Positions 39,401 through 53,096 of a stretch of DNA of 64,000 bases are shown here, piece after piece; position 1 is the stretch's first letter; the number at the start of each line of letters is the position of its first letter. The stretch is from Camelus ferus (taxonomy: Eukaryota): NCBI RefSeq assembly GCF_009834535.1, contig NC_045697.1, forward strand, positions 23,190,001 to 23,254,000. The letters are read 5' to 3'. The notes below the pieces were generated by a model. That model was not told the origin of the DNA. It saw only the letters and a program-made list of their open reading frames with translations, and ran no database searches. The position numbers were made by a program, and so were the translations under genes.

Positions 39401-39692
39401 TGTGTTATGTAGAAGTCAGATTATAATCCAGGAACAGATGCAAGCTTTCATAAGTGTTTACCACATAAAGGAAGTTGTGTCCTCTCAAGATTTGTTATAG
39501 TGCAGTAGAAAGTTGCTGTGATAAATGATATGATTCTCTTTATATGTATATTGTCAAATAAAAATGTGTAAATGTTTGAAATAATCTCATTCATGAAAGC
39601 AATTTCTCCCTATTAACATTTCTTAAGCCTGTATTTTATAAATGACTTATTCAAAAAATATTTTCACATAGTATCACATATTCACTTACATT

Positions 39693-40250
39693 CTTTTTTT
39701 TTACTTTTTTAAATTGAAGTATAGTCAGTTTACAATGTTGTGTCAATTTCTGGTGTACAGCACAATGTTTCAGTCATACATGAATATACGTATATTCCTT
39801 TTCATATTTTTTCACCATAAGCTACTATAAGATATCAAATATAGTTCCCTGTGCTACACAGTAGAAATTTGCTTATCTATTTTCTATATACCAGTAAGTA
39901 TCTACAAATCTCAAACTCCCAATTTATCCCTTCCTACCCCTTTCCCGCCTGGTAACCATAGTTTATGAATCTGTTTCTGTTTTATAAATAAGTTAATTTT
40001 TTTTTAGATTCCACGTATGAGTGGTATCATATGGTATTTTTCTTTCTCTTTCTGGCTTACTTCACTTAGAATGACATTCTCCAGGTCCATCCGTGTTGCT
40101 GCAAATGGCATCATTTTGCTCTTTTGATGGCTGAGTAGTATTTAATTGTATAAATATACCACAACTTCTTTATCCAGTCATCTGGATGGACATTTAGGTT
40201 GTTTCCATGTCTTGGCTATTGTAAATAGTGTTGCTATGAACATTGGGGTA
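39693..40250 (-). mobile_element. 5'-truncated lineage-specific LINE-1 3' end
   Basis: Poly(T), then AATTGAAGTATAGTCAGTTTACAATGTTGTGTC...TTCTGGCTTACTTCACTTAGAATGAC...GAACATTGGGGT, which is antisense to the copies at 0.3 and 46-47 kb. Confidence 0.92.
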
Positions 40251-40439
40251 TATTTTAATTTAATGTTGATTTCAGTTCTTCATAACAAAATTTTAATCAA
40301 TGATAGTGTATCTATTTACTATTTTTTCCTATAATGGACACTCACTATATTACAATATTGCTACAAAAAGACACTTTACTGAATCTTTAAAAATAAGCAA
40401 CAAATTAATATTGATTACATATAATTGGTATTTGCACAC

Positions 40440-40790
40440 TTCTTCTATTCAACAGATATTTACTTATCTTCTGCATGCCTCACAATATCTTCCATGTCAG
40501 GTATATGGTCTTGAACTAAACAAAAGCCCTAATTCTTATAAAGTGGACATTTGGGACTGGAATGGGAAAGAGAAAAGTTTCAGATGATTAAAAAATGGAC
40601 AAAACAATATTTCATGTGCTAGTAAGTGAAAAAAATAAAGCATGGTAAGGAGCAAAGATGGCAATGAGGCATTCTATTTACATACAGAGTTCAAAAATAA
40701 AGAAAACCTCTGTTACAAGGTGATATTTGAGAATAATGTAATATGATGTAAAATCAATTCTGAAAAACTTAAATGTACAAGAAGGAGGGG
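40440..40790 (-). mobile_element. LINE-2 3' fragment
   Basis: ATTCAACAGATATTTAC... and AAGGTGATATTTGAG motifs. Confidence 0.55.
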
Positions 40791-41026
40791 GTAAGAAAAT
40801 AATTGAAGACAATTCATTTTCTATTGTTAAATCTTTCCTCAATTCTTGAAGATTGAATGGCTCATACAATTTAAAAGTCATATATTTCATTTCTAAAACA
40901 AGATCTGATAGTGATGTGAGCAGAATAGGCATACTCCCTCCTTTACTGTCTTACCACAGGGAAGATCTTTGTCACTAAATCAAAGAACCAAATTTTGGAG
41001 ATACGGAAAATAAGAGGTGATTTCTC

Positions 41027-41205
41027 CAGACATAGAAAACAAACTTATAGTTACCAGAGGGGAGGGAGATAGGAGGATAAATTGGGAGTTCAGGATTTGC
41101 AGACACTAACTACTATATACAAAATAGATAAACAACAGTGTCCTACTGTAAAGCACAGGGAACTATGCTACACAGTGATGACCTATAATGAAAAAAACAT
41201 AAGGA

Positions 41206-41254
<49 letters not shown>

Positions 41255-41341
41255 TATATATATAACTAAATCACTATGCTGTATAACAGAAATTAACACG
41301 TTGTAAATTGACTATACTTCAATAAAAAATTTAAAAGATAA
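41027..41341 (+). mobile_element. LINE-1 3' UTR insertion (~315 bp) with an internal (TA)n
   Basis: CAGACATAGAAAACAAACTTATAGTTACCAG...CTATACTTCAATAAAAAA. Near-perfect TSD GTGATTTCTC (41017-41026) / GTGATGTCTC (41342-41351). Confidence 0.92.
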
Positions 41342-42489
41342 GTGATGTCTCAAAAGAAATATCACATTAAAAATGTGATAATATTTTTGGATTTTCCCCT
41401 TTAATATGTTGTACTCTGTTTAAAGGTATAAAAAAAACTAGAAAATTTTAAAATCTTTTATTAATAGATGTCTCTAGGATTTGGCACAGTAATTTGTGGC
41501 CTATGATATATTATTCCATTGTTTCCCAAACAATAAGATTCAGTTATGATTTGGAAGGACCAGAGGAATGATGTTTAACTTTATTTCCAGTAGATAAACT
41601 AAATATACCAAGAACTCCGAAGTCTTTATAGTGTAAAATAAAGGTAGTCTTGTAATGTATAGTGATCTTTCTTACAGAAATCCATTAGGAATAAAACTAA
41701 TGCTTTTATTAAATTTTTTACTTGTTTTGACTAAATATGCAATAATTCTCTGAAATAAAAAGGAAAATGCTGTAAGATAAATGTAACAGGTACTGGCATT
41801 TTGACATCAGACTATCCCCCCATTAGGATTTGCCAGGAAACCCCAGAGCTATCTTAAGTCATTGAAGATCCTTTTCCCATTCTCTCTGATTTCTGATAAG
41901 CGAGATTTTTTTAAAGTAGGATATCCCTAGAAAAACTTTCATAAACTTAATAAAGTTCCATCCAGAATTTTGGAGTTGGTTCTAGTGCTTTAGGTCAAAC
42001 TCACAGAGTTGTAATATTATCTGAAAATGTGTGAAGATTTGAGTAAGCATAATTAGCAATGCTGCTAAGATCCAAGAAACGTAAACCATTTGTCTATTAT
42101 CAAGTGCTTTGATGCACTGTCAGTGCACTGGATGGGAGTACGAGGAAAGACTGGCTCAATCAGATCAGACATTTTACAATATGCTTGTTTTATTGGAGTT
42201 GTTAGAAACACAACACACATATTTATTCAATGAATGTGACATGTATTTTGTGAGCAATTACCAGGCAGATAGCAATGCACCCTGTGAAACATTCCCAAAG
42301 AAATATAAGATAAGGTCACTAATGGGCAGGTATGAATTATACATGCTGAATACTTTAGTGTATTAACACGCATTTTGAACTTCAGAAACAATGTACTTTC
42401 AAATATTTGAAAGTTGTTTGAAATACTTGAAATTTGTTGCCATTTTCCACAACTTTATCATAAATAATGATCAATTTAAAAATAATTTT

Positions 42490-43120
42490 ATATTTTTATG
42501 TGCCATCTAAAAGTCAGATTCCATTCCAGATGCTTAGAATACCTCAATAAATAAAATATCCCTAAATCTGCAGAGCTTACATTCTAGTGAAAGAGACAGA
42601 GAGGAAACAATGTATATAATTACCAAGTAAATTATATAGTACATTAGGAGGGGACATGATTATTATTATTATAAGGATAAAAGAACAAGACCAGAGAAAA
42701 AAGAACATGATTCTGTGAAAGCTACTGTCTGGGAGATGATAAGAAATTTAATATTGAGTGATCACAGTATGTCTCATTGAGAACTTGACATTTGTGCAAA
42801 TGCTTGAATGAGGTGAAGCAGGTGGCCATGTGGCTATTGAGGGGAACAGTGTTCTAGGAAGGGAGAACAGCTGGCACAAAGGCTCTGAGCACTGAATATG
42901 TTTCAGTGCTCAAGGAATAGAAAACAGGCGAGTAGGTTTCAATGGGAGTTACGAGGGGCGAATAGTAGATGAGATCAGAAATCAAATAGGGAATTCAGAT
43001 TATGCAGGCCCTTGATACTATTAAAGGACTTTGGCTCTTACACTGAATGAACTGAAGATCCCAGGGTTTTGTAGAATAACATGATCTCACTTTATTTAAA
43101 ATGATCATTCTTATGGCTGA
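42490..43120 (-). mobile_element. LINE-2 3' fragment
   Basis: GAGCTTACATTCTAGTG, CTTGACATTTGTGCAAATGCTTGAATGAGG and AAAGGACTTTGGCTCTTACACTGAATG. Confidence 0.78.
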
Positions 43121-43839
43121 ATTTCCACAGCACTGTCAATAACTGTCTTTTGCCTCTTTAAAAAAAATACTCTTTTAAGATAATCACAAAATCCTAATTT
43201 CCAGAATATTTAGGACTAAATATTATACTTTATCCTAACCCCTCAGAGTTTCTGGTGGTGTTGGACATACAGGTACAGCATTCAGGAAAAACATAGCATT
43301 TGATTAAGCACAAAACCATTAATTCAACCAACAAATGTATTTGAACTCTCTGTAAGAGTCTGATACTTAAGATGCAGTAATGAACAAAGAACATGAAAAT
43401 TGCTGACCTCAGTGTAGCTTACATGACAGGACAATCATATGTCCAGTGACTAAATACAGCTTTTGCTTAAAATCTGGGTAGTAATAAGATTGTTTTTACT
43501 AAACTGCTTTTCCTATAATATTGTGATTGCTGGTGTTTATGAACTACCACCTAAACTTGCCGATAGATGAGACTCTGCTCACATTACACTATTCAATCAC
43601 AGTAATCAGAGCTTACAACATCCTGCATTCACCTATACAGCACGCTCAGAAGTCACTAGGTTTCATGTGCTTTTATCCCTAAGGGTGGGGAACAGTTGTC
43701 TTTGAATTCTTCCATTGTCCTGTCTAGAAATCTGAGTAAAAGAGGTTGGGTAAGATGTGATGGGATGTCTGAAAACTTTACCACATAATGAGAATAACTT
43801 CAAGTGTTACAGACAATAAAATATTTGCATTTATTAGAA

Positions 43840-43945
43840 AACCAATCTTTGAGCTTCAATCTCATCTGCAAAACTGGCATATTAATGAGCTACCTCACTG
43901 ATGATTGTGAGAATTTTTAAAGATAAAGGTGTGGTAGTGCTTTGA
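43840..43945 (+). mobile_element. MIR fragment
   Basis: CTTTGAGCTTCAATCTCATCTGCAAAACTGG...CTACCTCAC..GATTGTGAGAATT. Confidence 0.6.
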
Positions 43946-45561
43946 TTAACTTGCGTTCCCATCTTATTGTCAATTAAGTAATTATAGGTATTATTTCACC
44001 CCCAATGCAATTTAAATTATGAAAAGGTTAAATGTCCTGTGTTTTTAAAAGTAAGCTACCTCAATGAACTGAACAAATTGTATAATAACGATTCTCAGCC
44101 CAGTTCTTAAAACCTGGACCTACTTCAACATTTTAATATCAGTAGCTTTCCTATATTATCAAAATACAACTTTAACCTGTTTTCATAATTATAATGCATA
44201 TATATGTATATGCTTATATAAAATTCACTCTTAAAATATCTATTTTCAATCAGTGAGCATAAAATAGATTAAAAATCTAAATGGACAATGTAATTTGGTT
44301 CTGTGGTAATTACGTCACAAAAAATTTCATTTTCTAGGATTCTGTATAACAGAGTTAGTATCAACCATTTAAGGATTCATCAATATAAAGTACATCTGAA
44401 GGCAAAAAGGCCTATTTCAGTGAACACTTAAAGTAGTTTCAGAAAAGGGAAAATTGAATTAATAATTAACTAATTCTTTCTAAAAGGGCCTCATTTGGCA
44501 GGTTGGAAAAGCAGATGGCTCATCCAGACTGACAGAAGTTTATTAAGATCTGAAAAAAGTGGTTCTCTCTATTGGTTTTGCAATGCCAGTGCAGTTTAAT
44601 CCATAAGAGAAAGGTAGTTTGTTGCAAAAGGCAGGTGTGTTATTATTAATATGAAAATTAACTGGTTTCCTTTTTATAAAAATATTATAAACCTATCTAA
44701 AACATTTCATACAGAAAGGGATATAATTGTTGCAAAGTGCAAGGCCCAACCCCAAATGTGAATCCAGGCTGTTTCTTAGCTTGCCACCACCATGGAATCA
44801 CTCTTTCCAAAGAATAATGTTTTACTTGCCTTGGGCCCACCAAAAATGTAATAAGAAGGTCAATTTCTGGTGGGCCTTTTTGAATTTTGAAGAAATCACA
44901 CCCAACATTTAGAGATATTAATTTATCTTAACTACCAAATAATTGACATAGAGTTCATGCAATGATTTCTTTACCAAAATTCACTGCATAGTGGAGGAAA
45001 AAAACTTAGTGTTGAATTACACTAAGTGTAAAATTCTTGCATCATTTTTTTTCTTTGAAAAAGATAGTTGGTGATAAAGTTCTTGCTATAGAACTCCTCA
45101 AGGAAACTCTATGAATAGAGGCTGTATATCTAGAAACATACCAAGTGTGGTGGAAAGGAAAATACCAGGGAAACACATGAGCACGTGGCTGCAGGCTCTG
45201 AGGGTCATGCCCATCTTCCGCTGACACTTTGCCCCTGACATAATGCAACAGATGTAATTAACAGAGACTTTGGTTGATAGATAAAAATGCTAAAATGGCT
45301 AAAAACAATTTCGGAAAGCTGTGGTGTAACATTCTATTAATGGAAAAAAACAGGTCTCTGGATGTTGTGGCCAAGGATTTTCCACAAGAATTATTTGCAA
45401 AAGAATGCATTGGCTCATCAGTGACAGCCATGTGGTTACAGAGATAAGCACAGGGGAGCAGAGACACTGCACTATGGCAGCAGGAGTGGTGGAAATTGCT
45501 GTGTTTCTAGACTCTAAGATTTTGGGGGGCTACATAGATACTTTAAAAATGTGTTCCTAAA

Positions 45562-47094
45562 ATAGCACCCAAAGTAATAAAATACCTAGGAATAAATCTA
45601 ACCAAGGAGGTGAAAGAATTATACACAGAAAACTATAAACCATTGATGAAGGAAATTAAAGACCTTAAAAAATGGAAAGATATCCCATGCTCTTAGTTTG
45701 GAAGAATCAATATTGTTAAAATGGTCACACTGCCCAAGGCAATCTACAGATTTAATGCAATCCCTATCAAATTACCCAGGACATATTTCACAGAACTAGA
45801 AAAAATCATAACAAAATTTATATGGAACTGTCAAAGACCTAGAATTGCCAAAGCATTACTGAAGAGAAAGAAAGAGGCTAGAAGAATAACTCTCCCAGAC
45901 TTCAGACGATACTATAGAGCTACAAGCAACAAGACAGCATGGTATTGGTACAAAAACAGACATACAGAGCAATGGAACAGAACAGAGAGCCCAGAAATGA
46001 ACCCACAAACTTTTGGTCAACTCATCTTCGACAAAGGAGGCAAGAATATACAATGGAATAAAGACAGTCTCTTCAGCAAATGGTGTTGGGAAAACTGGAC
46101 AGCAGCATGTAAAGCAATGAAGCCAGCACACTCCCTTACACCATACACAAAAATAAACTCGAAATGGATCAAAGACTTAAACATAAGACAAGATACAATA
46201 AATCTCCTAGAAGAAAATATAGGCAAAACATTATCTGACATACATCTCAAAAATGTTCTCCTAGAACAGTCTATGCAAGCAATAGAAATAAAAGCAAGAA
46301 TGAACAAATGGGACCTAATGAAACTTACAAGCTTCTGCACAGCAAAGGAAACCTTAAGTAGAACAAAAAGCAACCTACGGAATGGGAGAAAATTTTTGCA
46401 AATGAAACCGACATAGCCTTGATCTCCAGAATATATAAGCAGCTTAGACGACTTAATAAGAAACAACCAAACAACCCAATCTAAAAATGGGCAAAAGATC
46501 TAAACAAGCAATTCTCCAAGGAAGACATACAACTGATCAATAAGGACATGAAAAAATGCTCCATATCACTAGTTATCAGAGAAATGCAAATCAAAACTAC
46601 AATGAGGTATCACCTCACACCAGTCAGAATGGTCATCATTCAAAAATCCACAAATGACAAATGCTGAAGAGGCTGTGGAGAAAGGAGAACCCTCCTACAC
46701 TGGTTGGGAATGCAGTTTGGTGCAGCCACTGTGGAAAACAGTAAGGAGATTCCTCAAAAGACTAGGAATAGACTTACCGTATGACCCAGGAATCCCACTC
46801 CTGGGCATATATCCAGAAGGAACCCTACTCCAAAAAGACCCCTGCATCCCAGTGTTCATAGCAGCACTATTTACAATAGCTAAGACATGGAGACAGCCTA
46901 AATGTCCATCAGCGGATGACTGGATAAAGAAGAGGTGGTATATTTATACAATGGAATACTATTCAGCCATAAAAACCGACAACATAATGTCATTTGCAGC
47001 AACATGGATGCTCCTGGAGAATGTCATTCTAAGTGAAGTAAGCCAGAAAGAGAAAGAAAAATACCATATGAGATCGCTCATATGTGGAATCTAA
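45562..47094 (+). pseudogene. disrupted L1 ORF2p C-terminal portion (post-RT and cysteine-rich domain)
   Basis: ORFs 45721-46416 ([26 protein letters not shown]) and 46654-47094 (..YTMEYYSAIK..HMRSLICGI). In-frame TAG at the PCSW position (~45695), a frameshift near 46370 and further stops. Confidence 0.93.
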
Positions 47095-47396
47095 AAAAAC
47101 AAACAACCAAACATAAATACAAAACAGAAACAGACTCATAGACATAGAATATAAACTTGTGGTTGCCAAGGGGGCGGAGGGTGGGAAGGGAGAGATGGGA
47201 TTTCAAAACTGTAGAATAGATAAACGAGATTATACTGCATAGCACAGAGAAATATACACAAGATCTTATGGTAGCTCACAGAGAAAAAAATATGACAATG
47301 AATATATATATGTTCATGTATAACTGAAAAATTGTGCTCTACACTGGAATTTGACACAACATTGTAAAATGATTATAAATCAATAAAAAATGTTAA
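45562..47396 (+). mobile_element. young 5'-truncated camelid-type LINE-1 (~1.8 kb)
   Basis: Perfect 17-bp TSD AAAAATGTGTTCCTAAA (45545-45561, 47397-47413) at a TT/AAAA endonuclease site. Near-intact ORF2 C-terminal half, 3' UTR and AATAAA. Confidence 0.97.
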
Positions 47397-48365
47397 AAAA
47401 ATGTGTTCCTAAAGGCATATTTGCTGGATGAATGGAATGCAGAGTTTATGAATATAAGCTATAGAGAGAAAAATCAGATGCATGAGATCAGTTAACATGG
47501 GAAGCCAAATAGCACATAAGTGTGGGTCTATTTGGGACGACTGCCTTAACAATTAGCAAATTCTACATAAACATATCTGAGTCCAAGACTCACCTATGCT
47601 ATAGGCTGAGACTTTCTACCAGTGAAATTTCTACAGGGCAACATCTTGAATTGCTGTCAGAAGTATTTCTTTGGATTTATGTCCACAGCACCCGACAAGT
47701 TTAAGGGATTATAATCCAACAGTAAATTGAATATTAACTTAAAAAAGAAAAAAAAAAAACTTGTATGGCTTTGCTTTTGTAGTTCCTGCAAATGATACTA
47801 CAAGAAAGGATTAGAACAATTACGTTGTTTGTTTTTCATCAATTTCATCTTTCATCAAAGCAGACCTCCTGCTTAGATCTCTGACCAAAGAGTGACTTCA
47901 TATACTCTGTAGAAAAGAGAGGACAAAGCCCTATATTGTAAAATATTACTTTTCTATCCATTTATACTACCAGAGCAATAAATTAAATAAGATTGTACTG
48001 GGCAGACAAACCAGCTATTACATAAAATGAGTAAACTTTGGAAGGGACATGAAAGGCTAACTTGTGAATTGGAAAAAAAAAAAGTATAAAGAAAGACTTT
48101 ATGAAGTTTTGATTAAAGCTGAATAATTATGCAGCATTACATGAAGGTTTTAGGATGATGTTATGGAAATACTTTGCCTATTATATGATAATGTCTCACA
48201 AAAATGTTACCAAATCACCTAATACTTCTTTCTGCTAACAGCCATTACTCTTTGTTTTACTTTACCTAACATGTGGTGAATTGGTATTTGTGGAAAATAA
48301 GGGGTAAAAGCATGGAAGACATTGAACAATTAGGTAGGATCAAAGTAGGGTAGGAAACTAAGAAT

Positions 48366-48683
48366 AAGCATACCTCATTTTATTGTGATTCACTTTATTG
48401 CAGTCCGTAGATATTGCATTTTTTACAAATTGAAGTTTTGTGACAATCTTGTGTTGTCAGATAATGGTAAGCCTTTTTCAAGCAATCGAGTATTTTTTAT
48501 TAAGGTATGTACCTTGTTCTTTAGACATAATTCTATTGCACACTTAATAGACCACAGTATGGTATAAACATAGCATTTATATGCACTGGGAAACCCACAA
48601 ATTAGTGTGACTTGCTTTATTGCCATATTAACTTTACTGCAGTGGTCTGGAACCAAACTCACAAAATGTCCACAGTGTGCCTA
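48366..48683 (-). mobile_element. Tigger1 internal-deletion derivative (Tc1/mariner MITE, Tigger1a_Art-like)
   Basis: Degenerate TIRs AGCATACCTC... / ...GTGTGCCTA next to TA. Tigger1 terminal sequences TTTTTACAAATTGAAG and GCAGTGGTCTGGAACCAAAC. Confidence 0.85.
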
Positions 48684-50119
48684 TAATTATCCAGTGAGTA
48701 TGATTGTACTACATATTTGGTGGCTTAGTGTACAAACATTTATGAGCTGAGAATTTTCAGGAGACAGCCAAATAGACAATCTAAATGGTGATATATAAAA
48801 TTGTATAAGACCCTTCCTTCATGTTGGTTTAATAGCTTGATCTCAGCACATAGCTTTCATAAACCAGAGTATGTAATTTCAATAATAAGCAGTTAAGCAA
48901 AGACAAACATGGCTGAAATGAATGATGAACCCTAAGCATTTACTCAACTTTTTGTTAGTTTGTTTTTATTCTTTAATACCCATACTGTGTTCATAGTATC
49001 CTAAGTGTTTGTGGTTGTTAGAGTAAAATGAGTTAGAAAATTTTCATGAGGAAAAAAATAGTATCTATTAAAAAAAAAAAAAAAACACCCAGGGCACCTT
49101 TCCTGTGTTTGTTTTCTGCCCTTCCCTCACTGTTGTAAGCATTTCCATTAACACCCACCACACACTCCACAGGCAGCCATCTGTGTTTCTGTCTTTAAGA
49201 AGTTTTATCCTACAAGTCTTTCCTCATGACACTGCTGCCTATTACATAAATCACAGAGACATTCAACCCCTTGGAATGGAATCAGAAACCCACAAAGCTG
49301 ACTGCTGTCAGGACTCATAAGGAGTGCAATTAATAAATTTATTATTTAGGAGTGGAGTTGTTTCCATTCCAAAAATTCATGCAAAATTGGAGTGTTAGCC
49401 ACAGAGTGCATATCAAAGTAACTAAGCTAAAAGTCTTTTCATCTTCAAGTTCACCCATTTGACAGTCATTATGTTTTCTGCTTCATCTCTGCTTCTGTAA
49501 GCTCTGCTAGTGTCAGAACACATAATTCACTCATTCAATCAACAAAGATTCACTTAGTGCCAGTTTTTGTGTGTGATGAACAAGAGAAATCCCTGCCATC
49601 ATGTAGCATATGATCTAGACTTTAAAATTCATTTCTGTCCTCGAAACCACAAACATAGCAGCATTTATAAAATTGAAAAAATATATAAATAATAATGATA
49701 TTAAAGAGAAATAAAAACTTAAAAGTTAAAGACAGCAAAACTGGCATGCCTACTAGCAGAAAAACAATATGATATAGTTAAATATCAGCTAAAGAAAAGT
49801 TTCATAAAGTTGGGGGGGTACAGTGTTGTCATCAAGATGTCAACATAGGTTGTACCTGACTTCAGTTCCTCTCACAAGTAGACCAACTAACAACTACCCA
49901 TAGATAAGACACCATTGTGAAAGTCCCAGAATGCAGGGTTAAGGCTAAAGAAATGCCCTAGGCAGTAGAGAACAAAAAGGACCACATTAGAAGCGTAAGA
50001 GGAATAGTTCCAGTTTTACCATATTGTCCCTAGAGTGCCCACCTAGGCCTACAGTTTCCTCAATGGGAAAAAGAGAACCCAAAGTAGACAGAGCACCCTC
50101 AGAGCCTAACTCTAGTACT

Positions 50120-50930
50120 GCCCAGCCATAGAACAGAGTTTACAGCCCTACGCAGCAGCAAAGCTCTGCAAATGGTCCTCCCAGAATGGCTGAACACAGC
50201 CTAAAGGCCCACTAGTAGCAGAGACCAGACTACAGCCCGCCTGATAGCTGAACACACCCTGCAACTCACCTAGGCGAGGAGTCCAGCCATTGACCTTGCC
50301 CAACTACAGAGCATTGTCTGTGGCCCAACCTATCCAGAGAGCCTGGACAGTGATCCCACCCAACTACAGAGCACAGTCCCTAGCCCCACCCAACTGTGAA
50401 GTATAGATGGAGGCCCTACCTGATAGTTGAGCCAAACCAGCAATGCCACTCAACAGTGGAGGACAGCCAATAGTTTATCTGATGACAAAGCCCAGCCTGC
50501 AACTCATCCTGATGCTGACATAGAGCCTGCTGGCCCAACTGGTTGCAAACCATAGCCTGAAAACCCATCTGAGCATAAAACACAGCTTACAGCCCTAACT
50601 GAATACTGAATTCAGCCAACTGAATCATCCAATCAGGGAGCACAACTTGAGGCTTCACCCAACTGGTTGCAATAACAGAGCCATATCCCTGCTTTATCAT
50701 GGAATCCAACCAGTGGCACCACCCTTCAAGAGAACACAGTTTGAGATTCAACCCAACCAGAGGTGATTTCAGAGCCCAGGGAGTTGCCTCATGTGACTGC
50801 AGAACACAGCCAGTAGTCCCACATGAGCAGTGAGCCCATTCATTGGCCCTACTTGAACACAAAGCCCAGTCAAGGTAACTCCCTCAAACCTCAGAGCACA
50901 GGCAGTGGCTGTGCCCATATAGAGAGCACA
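50120..50930 (+). repeat. degenerate ~29-30-bp tandem array in the L1 5' UTR
   Basis: Recurring unit like CCCACCCAACTACAGAGCACAGTCCCTAG, with CCCAACT cores at ~50299, ~50359 and ~50389. Confidence 0.7.
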
Positions 50931-51886
50931 ATAGAAAGACCCACTTGCCATGAATGCTTTCTGCTGATCTATCCAGTATCATCCAATGATCTGACTGGAG
51001 AAGGTCTTTCACTGCTAAAACAAACCTATAAAATCTGGAAGAGGAGACCTCATACTCAACTACACAGATACCAATGAAGTGCTACAAAGATCATGAAGAA
51101 TCAGGCAAACATAACATTTCCAAAGGAAACTATTAAAGCTACAATAACTGATAATACAGAAATGAAGATCTGTGATCTAGCTGATGAATAATTTAGAATA
51201 ATCCTCTTAAAAGCTCAGCAAAATATAAGAACAAAGGCTAACAACTAAACAAAATTAGAAAATCAATGCTTGAAAAAGAAAAGTTCACTAAAAATAAAGA
51301 AATTATATTATAAAAAGAAATGTTAGAGCTGAGGAACATAATAACCGAACTAAAGAATTCAATGAAGAACTTCAACAGTAGACTTTAACAAGCAGAAGAA
51401 AGAATCAGTGAACTTGAAGACAAATTATTTGAGATTTTTCAGTCAGAGGAGCAAAAGGGAAAAAGAATAACAACAAAAAAGTACAGAAAGCCTAAAGGGT
51501 TTACAGAAACCATCATAAGAAATTATATGTACATTACGGAAATCCCAGAAGGAGAAGATAAAAAGAAATTCAGGCGTCCATTGAGGCTCAAAAGATTGAA
51601 CTCAAAAAGGGCTACACCCAGACACATTATAATTGAATTGTCAAAGTAAAACATAAAGAAAGAATTTTGAAAGCAGCAAGAGAAGATACTCTTCACATAT
51701 AAGGGAGCCCCCAAAAGACTATCAGTGGCTTTCACAGCAGAAATTTTGCAGGAGAGGAGAGAATGGAATGAAAAATTCAAAATATTAAAGAAAATTGTCA
51801 ATCATGAATACTACACATAATAGAGCTATTTTTAAGAAAAAAAGAAAGATAAATACTTTTCCAAATAATTAAAAGCTGAGAGAGTT

Positions 51887-52225
51887 AAAAAGGAAACAAA
51901 TGAACTTATTTACAAAACAGAGACAGACTCACAGACGTAGAAAACAAACTACGGTTACCAGGGATAAAATAGGTAGGGAGGGATAAATTGGGAGTTTGGG
52001 ATTTTTACATACTAACTACTATATACAAAACAGATGAACAGCAAGACCCTACTCTATGGCACAGGGAACTATATTCAATACCTTGTAATGGCCTATAATG
52101 AAAAAGAATATGAGAAGTCATATATATTAATCACTAGGCTATATACCAAAAATTAACACAACATTGTAAATCAATTATACTTCACTTAAAAAAACAAAAA
52201 CAAAACAAAACAAAACAAAACAAAC
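51887..52225 (+). mobile_element. younger LINE-1 3' UTR inserted into ORF1 of the old L1
   Basis: AAATGAACTTATTTACAAAACAGAGACAGACTC...ATTATACTTC plus a (CAAAA)n tail. TSD AGAGAGTT (51879-51886, 52226-52233). Confidence 0.9.
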
Positions 52226-53060
52226 AGAGAGTTTATCAACACTAGACCTGCCTTACAAGAAAAGCTAAAGGGAATTCTACAAGCTGAAATGAAAGGGTGA
52301 TGACATGGTAAAATATATGAATATATAAAATAGATCATTAAAAGTAAATATAGTCAACATCAAATTTCACTACTATTGTAATGGTGGTATGTAAATAATT
52401 TATAGCTCACTTTAAAAGTTAAAAATAAACCTGTTAAAATAACTGTAACTAGAATAATTTTTTACTGGTTACACAAAAATATCAAAATTGTAACATCAGT
52501 AACCTTATGTAATGGGGGAAGAAGTATAAAGTTTCTGCATACTATGGAAATTAAGTTATTATCAGCTTAAAATAGGATGTTACAACTATACAATATTTTA
52601 TGTTAGCCTCATGGTAACCACAAAAAAAAAAATATGAAGTAAATACTCAAAAGATTTTGATAAAGGAGTCAGAGTATACTGCCACAATGTCATTCTATCA
52701 CAAACAAAAACAGAGAGGAAATAAGAAAAAAAGGATCTACAAAACAGTCAGAAAACAATTACAGGAAAGATAATCCTAAATCCTCTCCTATCAATAATTA
52801 CTTTAAAGCTAAATGGATTAAATTATCCTGTCAAAAGACAAAGATTAGCTGAATGGATAAAAAACCAAGATCTAGCATTTGTTACATACAAGAGACTCAC
52901 TGTAGATTTGAGAACACACACAGGCAGAGAGTAAAAGGATAGAGAAAGATATTTCAAGCAAATGATTACCAAAACAGGCAGGGTTAGTAAGACTCATATT
53001 ACATAAAATAAATTTGCTGCTAAAAGGGTCATGAGACAAACAAGGTCACTGGATAATAAT

Positions 53061-53096
53061 AAAGTGGTCATCAAAAAAAAAAAAAGTGGTCATCAA
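53061..53096 (+). mobile_element. poly(A)-only insertion with a 14-bp TSD
   Basis: AAAGTGGTCATCAA (53061-53074) + A8 + AAAGTGGTCATCAA (53083-53096). Confidence 0.7.

Noticed and set aside
45856..46466. Minus-strand ORFs of 91 and 149 aa
   Set aside because: Antisense shadows of L1 ORF2.
50120..50930. CRISPR-like periodic array
   Set aside because: Units are degenerate tandem copies without unique spacers, there are no cas genes, and it lies in a mammalian L1 5' UTR.
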